Origin: Ancylonema sp.
Taxonomy: Eukaryota
Direction: 5' to 3'
Assembly (NCBI GenBank): GCA_050230475.1
Contig: JBFLGF010000186.1
Location: 1 to 58,000, forward strand
Length of the DNA stretch: 58,000 nucleotides
Shown: positions 48,408-58,000 of the stretch, piece after piece
Position numbering within the stretch: position 1 is the stretch's first letter
Layout: every line of letters begins with the position of its first letter
Program-made: the position numbers and the translations under genes
Notes under the pieces: generated by a model
Databases searched by the model: none
The model's input: the letters and a program-made list of their open reading frames with translations, nothing else
Told to the model about the DNA's origin: nothing

Positions 48408-51400
48408 ATGGACAAAGCGAGAGTGAACGGCAATGGCATCGACACCGAAGATCACATTGAGGTGCATCATAGAGTACAAAGTAGCAATTTTGCCCCAGCA
48501 TGGCATATAACGTCTACCATTCCCGAACTGATTCTGAAACGTACATGGTCTACTTTCCAATGTTGAGATCAACTTGTATCAGCCATCACAATGTCTAAGT
48601 CATAGATATTGCAAATGCCCCCACCTCCCTACATCACTCACAGAGCTGAGTCTGAAGCCAAGAGTTTTGTCACGGCCTCTTCGCCCGGCGTCAGGTTTTC
48701 CCTTTGATGACGGTGGTATTTGTCAGTCGAGGGATTCACTCACGGTACTACACAGGCCTGATGGTATCGAACAGATCGTTTGTCAGTGGAAAAGCTGTGA
48801 TATTCTCCTGAGAAGATTTAGGAATGGAGTAGCCTTTGACGACCCTTTTCTCGAGCAGTCTCTAGTGATGGGACGACAGTTCCCTCAGAGCATTCTTTGG
48901 ACGGATTTGACAAATGATCATTAAAAATGAACAACAAAAGACGGATTCCTCAACGTTACCCGGAATTTGATAACTGTGTTTCTTAGTTTCTGGTTGGATG
49001 GCTCTAGTTAACTTTCCCGAAAAGCATGTAATGTTTGAATTTTGAACTTCTGACATGGAATGCCAAAAACGCATAACTGACGGCTTTTGTTTTAAATGGT
49101 TTCCTTCTCTCGGTTTTCTGCCAGTGACAATCCGCTGTCGCTCCTTGCAGCTGAGCACATTATCGGCAGAGCACGACAGTCTGTTGAACGAAAACCTCAA
49201 GCACCAGGTCAGCCAGGCAGGATTACGCGTAAGAAGCCCAAGAGCTGTCTGTACCACCACCAGTGAGATAGAAGAGATCGAGGAAGACATGGATATTCCT
49301 GACATGCATGGGAGTTTAGTACCCTCCTCAAAATGGGGTGTCTACCTGCGGAGGAGCCTGTGGGAGATTTTCTTTGGAACCAAGCTCAACATCCTCATGC
49401 CCTCCATTCCTCTCGCGATGATCGCTGTCATTTTCCAGGCATCACAGGTACTTCGCGTACAGCACCCTGGAAGCCCGCAATGCATTTGCAGGCTGGAGTA
49501 CAGGAGTAGAATCCGATCGCGGAAACAATCGTGTTGAAGTTTGTGAGCGTCGTAAGATACTTCTTGCAGGAGAACAACGAGATGCTTCAACACTGTTCTT
49601 ACGAAGAAAGAAGAGGGCAACGCCACGTGGAAGTTTGTGCAGGGCAGAGGCCGTCTGCTGATTCCGAAGGGCTTGGGTTTGTCTGCAGGGCTATATTTTC
49701 ATATTCAGCTTGTTGGGAATCGCTCCCTTGGCTGAGAGACTGGGGTTTGTCACAGAGTAAGCTGCCATGTTGCATCGCTACTGCAGGGAAGGGATACGTG
49801 GATTTCGCGATAGGAATCTGAAGGTCGATTTGATTCTGGACTGTGAGACTGAGAGAATGGGCCATTGTGTAGCTCTCTGTGAAGATGCGGTGATTGCACG
49901 TCTGTGATAATGTTTACGTGTGCCAGTTTGCATGGGCATGAAGAGTATTTGACTGTGTGCCCTCTCCTTTGGCTGCTCGCAGACAGCTCGCACATTTTAC
50001 GGGACCCACATGTAAGTTGGCAGCAAGACGGAGGAACAGGAAGGGTGGCGTCCATGGGGATGGGATGGGTAGAATAGGGATCAGAGTGAACAAAATAAGA
50101 GGGGGAGCACTGATGAATTTGGGAAATGCCAAGTAGTTGGGTTTAGGAGTGGAGACTCATGACATTTGCTTTACTGCAAACTGTTGATGTTGACTGAAAT
50201 CCGGTTTCCATCATACATTTGAATCATCATGTTGAGGTTGTGTGGAGTATCGCTTGTGTCAGGAAGTGTCAGAAACTGTTCTAACACATTCAAAGACATT
50301 GTCACTATATTGTGTACAAGATGTAGGATGGGGTGGAAATCTGATGGAAGGGTCTATGTAACATAGACAGTGACGGAGTGTGGGTTGAACAACATCGTCG
50401 CACACGATTTCCTACCTTTTGAGGACAGCGTGTAGCCGAGGTTGAAAAGTAGGATATCGAAAGACCCGGCTGTTCCATTGTTTTGCCAGGGAAAGAGAAG
50501 CAGACAGGGTAGGGGGCGGGTTGTACCTCGTGTCTCACGCCCTTCTCTCTCTCTCCCTCGTCCGTTTGTTTTCAGTGGGCGGCCTTTTGAACGCCACGTT
50601 TGGCAATGCCACGGAGTTGATCATCTCCATTTTCGCCCTTCGCGAGGGTTTGATCCGAGTGGTCCAGATGTCCTTGCTGGGATCCATTTTGTCCAACATG
50701 CTCCTTGTGCTCGGATGCGCCTTCTTCTTCGGCGGCTTCCGCCACAAGGAGCAGAAGTTCAACCAGACGGCCGCCCTGGTCAATGCGGGCCTCCTGCTCA
50801 TGGCCGTCATGGGCCTCACCTCCCCTGCCGTGCTTCACTCGACCAAGACAGAGCTTCAGGGGGATGTCTCCACACTCACGCTCTCGCGATTCTCCAGCGT
50901 CATCATGCTCATCGCGTACGCGGCGTATATCTACTTCCAGCTCGTCACCCACTCGCATCTCTACGATGAGGTGCGGATACGAACACAAAAAACATTAAAC
51001 TGTGAACCGTAAATTATTAACCTTACATCATAAACCGCAAACCATAAACCACGTTTGCTCAAGAAGCAAAGATTTTCGTACAAACCCGACGTTTGGTTTC
51101 AGCAAGAGTGAACCTTCATTTCGTTGCCCTCCTGTACCTCCTTTGTTACATTCCAGACATGTGGGAACCAGGGCTCAGGGTTCAAGGCTCAGGGCCCAAG
51201 GCCCAGGGCTCAGGGCTCAAGACCTACTTCCTTGACTCAATTCCAGCCCCAATTCGTCCCCCCTGTTGATGAACCCACGGCAATCCATTCTTGTCCCCCC
51301 TCTGCAGGTGCCGTGTTCGCCCAATGAGGACGTGGGCGCTGAAGAGGAGGAGGAGGAGGATGTGTTGGGGTTTTGGGGTTCCATTGTGTGGCTGGGCATC

Positions 51401-52134
51401 ATCACCATCTTCATCTCCATTCTGAGCGAGTACCTGGTGGAAGCCATTGAGGGGGCATCCGAGACATGGAACCTTCCCGTGTCCTTCATCAGCGTCATCA
51501 TTCTGCCCATTGTGGGGAACGCTGCAGAGCACGCCTCTGCGGTCGTGTTTGCGCTCAAAAATAAACTGGTGAGAAGGAGGCAGGGAACAGTCGGGTTTTT
51601 TTATTAACCCTGGTGACTTCATCTCACCCGCTCCCCTTCCCCTCTTCTCTCCCTTCTTCGTTTCCAGGACATTTCCCTCGGTGTGGCGATCGGTTCTTCT
51701 ACTCAGATCGCCATGTTTGCCATCCCTTTCTGCGTCATCGTGGGTTGGTGCATGGGCGTGAACATGGACCTCAACTTCCACCTCTTCGAAACTGCCACCC
51801 TCTTCATCACCGTGTTGGTCGTCACCGTTCTTCTCCAGGAGGGCACGGCCAACTACTTCAAGGGCCTCATGCTGGTGCTCACCTACCTCATCGTGGCGGC
51901 ATCCTTCTACGTGCACAGCGACTCGGAGGGTAGGCTCGACTTGGGTTCAGAGTCGGTGGTGCTTTATGTGTGTGCGTATGGTTGTGTGTATGTATGTATG
52001 CACGTATGTATGCATGTATGTATGTATGGATGTGTGTTTGTTTGTATGTTTGTAGGTATGCCACATTCATATTGACATACGTTCTGCACTTTCTGCCCCC
52101 GTTATTTTGCACAGAGGCGTCCTCTGGCACTTGA
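48408..52134 (+). CDS. Vacuolar cation/H+ exchanger (CAX, CAX2/5-like), ~461 aa; exons 48408-48461 (tentative), 49151-49447, 49689-49756, 49983-50011, 50576-50970, 51308-51568, 51668-51929, 52115-52134
   Basis: [16 protein letters not shown] (c-1), [18 protein letters not shown], acidic EEEEEED loop, [11 protein letters not shown] (c-2), [18 protein letters not shown]; splice phases are consistent. Confidence 0.93.
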
Positions 52135-54376
52135 GGGTTGCCTTCTAGGAGTCAAGGGAGTCTCTCGGCACCAATGTCATACGGTCTCAGGGGTGTGAAG
52201 AACGGGGGTCCTACGATATAGAGTGATGTAGTGTGTGTGTGCGGATGGATTACACATTATTTTAATGAAGTGTGTCACTGTATTGGAAGAAAACATGAGT
52301 GGTTGCCCTTGTGAATCACTTGCGTACCTAGTTATGCTTGAAAACAAACGCGATGTTAGAGTATGAGCCCATACATTCCAATCATTGGCTAGGTGAAATC
52401 ACTACAAATGTGCTTCCAGAGAGGGAGGAAATGAATAGTTTTTCTGCGAGGAGAGCAAGCATGGGAGAGTTGTTTGGTGAGTAGTTGAGGATAGGTGAGG
52501 ATTCTTGAGTGGAAGTGAAGTCAATCTAGTGAGAAATAATATTTATGTGTATTTATGGTATGGCCATTTTCCTTTTCGAAATGCCACTATTTGCACCCAA
52601 GCACATCAATCTGATAGTATAGAATGCATAGAAATGGAACCATGAAGGGTGTATTAGTGTTCCCTTACTCCAAATCACAATTGGACTGAGCACCACTGAT
52701 GGATTGAGCAAGGAAAAAATTAGTGGGTCGGATCATAATGGGTTCCCAAGCCGGAAAATATTTGCGCCGGCCCAGCGCCAGAGCGTACGCGCGCTGAGCC
52801 AGGGCGGCCTCGCCAAATGCGCGAGCGAAGCGGGATTTACAAGAAAAAAACAAAAAAAAACAAATGGTAGCCCGGTCCTCCGCTAAGCAGTCGACTAATA
52901 CGTTTTTGTAATACTATTTCACAACACAGTAGCCCGTCACTATATCCCGCCATTATCCAGTCCCAATTCACAATTCCCCCTTGTCGTTTGCAAGCTACAA
53001 TTCTGTCATTTAGCATTTGTCGTCCATTGTTGTTTTCCGCACCATCGTTTATCTCCCGTTTCATCGTAATATCTGACGGGTGAGCGTTGTTCACCATCCC
53101 GTCTCCCCACAGATGTCGTCCGATTTCCGGAATGTCAGAATATTCTCAAGACTCGGTACAGAATCTTTCAGGTGCCAAAAAAAAACCGGATCCGACGAAG
53201 ACAATCCCTCCAGTAACCATAAGAATATGGTTACTATGTTAAGGACGTACTGCCCGAAGTAGGTAACTAATAACTACATACTTGGCAGAGAAATATTTTT
53301 ACTAAGTAGCATTTCGAGGTCTCGTTTTTGCCTGGTGGCTCGCGGACGCGCGCCGGTTCCGAGCCGGGCTCGCAAATTCTGCGAGCGGAGCGCGACCCAC
53401 TATGGGTCTGATCACGACCGGAACACTGGAGAATGTATTGAGTTTTAGCCAAAGACATCTCGGACATGAGATATATTTAGTCGAACTTATGGCTCAATCC
53501 CCAAGCAAACCCTTCTTCTTACAACATATGTAGGTGGGGTAGATCAAGAAAGCACCAAACATGAAGTGAACACCAACATAAGCTGACGTATAGACTGAGA
53601 TCGTACACTATCACCCTATCGCATACACAACATGCTCCAATCACCTCAAGACATGCATGAGAATGCATTCTACCCACACTTCACATCATATGCCCAATAG
53701 ACTAAGACATTCCTACCACTCAATTGAAATCGTCATGCAAAGGTTGAATACGACAAGAACACGGGTGAAAAGTCAAAAGAGTAAGGGGAAATGTTCCCGG
53801 ACAGACGAGTACAATGAAACGTCCACACACCTTAAGAGAGCAATTGCTAGAGGGAACCAACGGGGTCGTAGAATGCGGCGCCGCTTTGGCCGGGACGCTA
53901 ACTTGGGCACCGCACGTGTAACGATAGGCTGCCCCAAGTATCCTGACGCTATGACAACAAGATCTAGCAAATGACGCTGCAATCCTTGTGCTCCAATAGC
54001 TCACTCCTAACCGAGAAGACCGCGGAAGGTGCTTTCGAACTACTCGAGAGCTTCTAGAGTCTCTGAGTAACTGTTTCCCGGTTTACACACAAGGCTGGCT
54101 ATAACGGCTGAAAGCACTCGTTATACCGAACGATGCCAAATACTACGACAAAGCACATTGCCTCCCGCATTGCTTGCTCGCGGTTCGTAAAAAAATGATT
54201 TTTCACCATGATGCATTATGATTAGCGGCTAGACAAGAATCTAAAACGTTAAAATTGAGAATGGTATCCAGCACACATCACGCGAATGTCTTGCCTTATA
54301 TGACATCTACTTGCGTGACACTGAAGTCATAAAAATATGTAATGTCGATTCAAGATCAAACCACTTCTGTTTGGAT

Positions 54377-54609
54377 CATAGTTGGGCGCACACATCTAAA
54401 ATGGCGCACGTGCTCGAAACATGTGCGCTTAACCCCGTGCACATGTGAGCGCCCAACTAGGAAAAACTACGTAAGATAGAAAGACATAAAACTCTTACTA
54501 CTATGCGCGACGGCTTTTTAACTTTACTCATTAGTCAAATGTGGATTTTGCGCACATGTTCCGAATATGTGCACCAAAACTCGCGCGCATATGCGCACGC
54601 CCAACAATA
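54377..54609. mobile_element. Degenerate hAT-like MITE
   Basis: Left catagttgggcg versus right cgcccaacaata; internal cgcccaactag copy; imperfect 8-bp TSD gtttggat/gcttgggt. Confidence 0.45.
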
Positions 54610-54617
54610 GCTTGGGT

Positions 54618-54700
54618 CAATTGTGTCCCGGACGTGTCCGGAGATACCCGGACGGTCCGGGACGCAACTAAGATGGAAAAATAAATAAAAAATAAAATAC
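54618..54700 (+). mobile_element. Fragment of the same hAT MITE family as 23582-23832
   Basis: cggacggtccgggacgcaactaagatg is identical to the stretch at ~23657-23683. Confidence 0.75.
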
Positions 54701-54737
54701 AATTGAAGCCTTCATTTTTTTTATTTTTATTGGGTTA

Positions 54738-55358
54738 CAGTAAAACCTGTCTAAAGGAATATTGTCTAAAGGAATAACCTCTCTGAAGGATTAAAAAATC
54801 CCGGTCCCGACGTTGGGCGAGTGTTATTATTCCAAAACCTGCATCACTCTGTGAAGGAATATTTTTTCGCGGCCCGCGAATGTGTGAAGGAATAATGTAC
54901 GGAATCCGTACAAGTCCGTACAGTTTTATACAGGTTTTAATATGTCCGTACATTTATGCATATCCCCAGATTGTGGGACGGCGAAGGGATTGTGGGTGGA
55001 TTGCAATTGGAGGCGCTACACGACAAAATTACGACCGGGCAACATTAAGCGGGTAGTAGGAGCGCATGCCACGTCGAATTTGACGTCAAAAAAGTGCGTT
55101 CGTGGACCTCGAGTATCTCCGAGGTTGTGGGAAATCAGAGTGGAACTGGCTACACGAAAAAATGTTGTCGTGCAACCCATATGGATGTTGTAAAACACGT
55201 CTGAACGGATTCTATGCTCGATACTGGCTCGTTTCACGTCGTAGGCACATAGGAACGGGTTTTAAGACACTTGGAGCCGAAATTGTCTAAGTGAATAACC
55301 TGTGTAAAGGACTATAAAATCCCGGTCCCGACAGTATTCCATTAGACAGGTTTTACTG
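54738..55358. mobile_element. Pogo/Tigger-like MITE (621 bp)
   Basis: TIR cagtaaaacctgtctaa(a/t)ggaata; TA TSD; subterminal direct repeat aaaatcccggtcccgac. Confidence 0.9.
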
Positions 55359-55864
55359 TATTACGGGCCCTATTGTACCCGATGAGTTTTCATCTCATTA
55401 TCTTTCATGGGGGGCTTGAGCCCACGGTGTTACCATTGGCGGAAGATGGATTGGTCTCGCTTGAAAGCTTATGCAGAAACTGAGGTTGTATTACGTTGTA
55501 TGAAGTCGTACACACATTCGGACCAAACTAACGCGTTGTTATCCTCCTCGCACATGAAAAATGCCGTGAAGACATCAGAAATCCATTGGTAAGGGCAATA
55601 GCATCGCAATTTACATCAACAAACAGAATCAGATCCAACACGTCGTGTTGAGAAAGTAGTCTGCAATAAACCAAATGTAAGAACTATTTCCAGTGAATTG
55701 TCGTTGTTTTTTACCAACTTATTACACCCTAATGAGCCACATACTTCCGCCACCAATTTACTACAACCAAGTCGCAAGAAAAACTCGAGCGAGACTAAAA
55801 CTTGCGTCTCTGCATGCATAAACTTTGTATATCAGATTTCCCAACTCAACGAGCGACCCTCTGC

Positions 55865-58000
55865 CTAGTTGAATTTGGGCTTCAATCTCCTTGGTCGCAA
55901 CATGAAGAAGAGCAATAAAAACACAACCATACAAACTATGGCGGCCATGGGTCCAAACCCAATTTGTAGCTGCCTTTTTCTCGTACAGCGAATCGGATGA
56001 AGTGCCGCCACAACATCCGCCGCAGTTGCTCGGAAGCTGCAACAAAACAACAAACCACATTTTAGAAAGAGTAACCAAATAATGCAAATGGGGTCTTAGA
56101 AACGGTTTTCTCTAGAGAGTGGTGAGGGAGGGATGAAGGGGTGGGAAACACCACGCAAGAAACATTGTTCATTGTTCATTGGTCATTCTTCATTAGTAAT
56201 TACTCATTACTCATTACTCATTTTATTCATTACTCGTTTGTACTCCATTGGTTTAAAATGTAGTGGTCTTCATAAGGCCTATTGGAAGAAATCACAGATG
56301 GGAAACCACCAAAACTCTCCAACTCTTTGAACATTCTCCTAGTATGCCCTGTGGGAATCCGCTTCACACTCGTCCTACCCCAACCCCAACCCCATTCTCC
56401 TCCCCGCCCCTCCTTTCAACATTGCACCATCATTTTCTTATCGTGACCCATGTGACACCACGTCATTCCACGTCATTCCATGTCATTCCTTGTCATTTCA
56501 TTGGTGGCCCACACCTTTTTGCTCGACTCTCCAACTCGCCCACCATCATCGTTGCTCCGTCAAAGTCGAGTCGCCCTAAACGGACACCAATCTGGCTCGG
56601 ATGGGGAGACGTGGAGCAAGTATTGGTTTCCATGAGACACACCATTCCCCCCAAATTGCACACATGGCTACCATCTCTCTTCAGGCGTAGGATTTCCCGG
56701 GGAGAGGTCTCAGGATAATATCCGGATGCAAAGGCAAAACAAGATTATGGTATTACCCCAAGATACAATTTTTTTTTAACATCCCATTAGAGAGTAGTGA
56801 GAGGAAGGTATCGTATGTTGTTCAATTCCGGATTCCAAAGGTCCATCCCGTAGTGAACCCGCGATCGAGTGTCTCACCTTTTTCCACGTGTCCACTACTG
56901 CGTTGTAGTCCGAAATCAAATGCTTCTCCTGCGTGCGCTTAAACACCGCATACGTCTCCTCGTCTTTGAAACCACGAAGAAGGGAGATAGTGAAGGAAAA
57001 GGACACCAAAAAAACGACGAACAAGAAAAGAACAACACCAAGAGAAAAGGTGAGGGCAAGGGGGGGGGGAGGGTGGGGAAGTGGACCAAAGGGGAAAAAA
57101 GGGAGGGGAGGGGAGGGACGGGGAGGGGGAAACAACTAGAGAAACGCAAAGAGGATACGTGTCCCCTCCCTCCCCACCATCCTGATCCCCTCATTCAACT
57201 CCGCCATCGACTCCTCCATGGACGTCATCAAAAAGTTGCGGAAAAACGCATCCCTCTCAAACGCGGTCAGCTGGCCCCCCGTGGGACACGTGGCGCTCTG
57301 GGAGAGGGCCCCAACCGCCCATCGCCAGTCGTGCTGTACGGCCGCATGCGATGGGCTGAATCGCACATGGGCGGGAAGCACACCCCCCAGGTGGAGCAAG
57401 GTCGAACGAAGGAGGGAGGGAAGGGGGTCTCTGGAAGGGGGGGAGGGGGGGAAGAATATGTGGCAGATGATGGATGATGAATGATGGCGGATCTTGGTGG
57501 CAGTAGGAGGGCGAAGGGTTATGGGTTATGGTTACAGGATCGTTGGCATTGAAATCATCATCATCGCCTGTAATAGTATCACAAAAGAGGGGTAAGTATT
57601 ATTGCCATTATTGACTATCCAAGTCAAAATGCTTATTCTGTCCATAGGTATATGTACGCATCCAGTTCTGCCTGTCCACGTTCAAATCCCTACCCCCCCC
57701 CTCCCTCACCGCAGGTCCCGATACACCGGCTTCCCGTTGCACTGCATCTCCGTTTCCCACTTCCCCTCCTCCATCTGCACGCCCACCACCATGTCGACCA
57801 ATCCCACGCTCTGAAAAGATTCGTCCACGAAAACGGGGTCCCCACTGATAGCGAACACGAAGATGGGGAGTTGAAGGAAGGATCGTTCCTTTCCCGCACG
57901 TACGCCCGAATTCACCCTCGCCTCCTCCTCTGTCACCTTCAGGTGGTGTTGGAGGACGCGCGAGTCGAGGTAACTCCTCTCAGACACGTGGACGCTGCCG
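55865..58000 (-). CDS. Conserved uncharacterised plant protein with a C-terminal TM helix (resembles the At5g58100/At3g28720 family, from memory), 3' part; exons >58000-57710, 57430-57159, 56963-56878, 56591-56515, 56036-55865
   Basis: Phase-consistent splicing: LPIFVF..DMVVGVQ..CNGKPVYRDLRDP..LGGVLPAH..DWRWAVG..RNFLMT..LHPIRCTRKR..(TM)..LRPRRLKPKFN*. Confidence 0.8.

Noticed and set aside
51224..51916. 230-aa antisense ORF over CAX
   Set aside because: A shadow of GC-rich CAX exons that crosses introns; no independent evidence.

Overview
Eukaryotic, intron-containing DNA from a streptophyte (green alga or early land plant, inferred from plant-type genes). I reconstructed eight spliced genes by hand, and they alternate strictly in strand. 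In order: a BT1 folate/biopterin transporter (3' part, +), a short kinesin-12 (-), a trypsin-fold pseudoprotease with a long Pro-rich tail (+), alpha-N-terminal methyltransferase (-), plastid pyruvate kinase alpha (+), endonuclease III/NTH1 (-), a CAX cation/H+ exchanger (+) and a conserved uncharacterised membrane protein (3' part, -). Two transposon islands lie between them. The first (23.2-31.5 kb) is a decayed Copia element with a hAT MITE in its 5' LTR and a nested Gypsy element carrying an exact 11-nt Tf1-type self-priming signature. The second (35-47.8 kb) holds a hAT relic, a Gypsy element with a PHD finger on its integrase and an LTR shared with a mini-element, a Copia RT fragment, a ~460-bp-arm inverted repeat and MITEs. 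The most interesting signals are the self-priming retrotransposon, the PHD-integrase Gypsy and the stalk-less kinesin-12 with a hydrophobic C-terminus. No rRNA, tRNA or CRISPR array was seen. All family assignments come from recognising motifs; no database searches were run.
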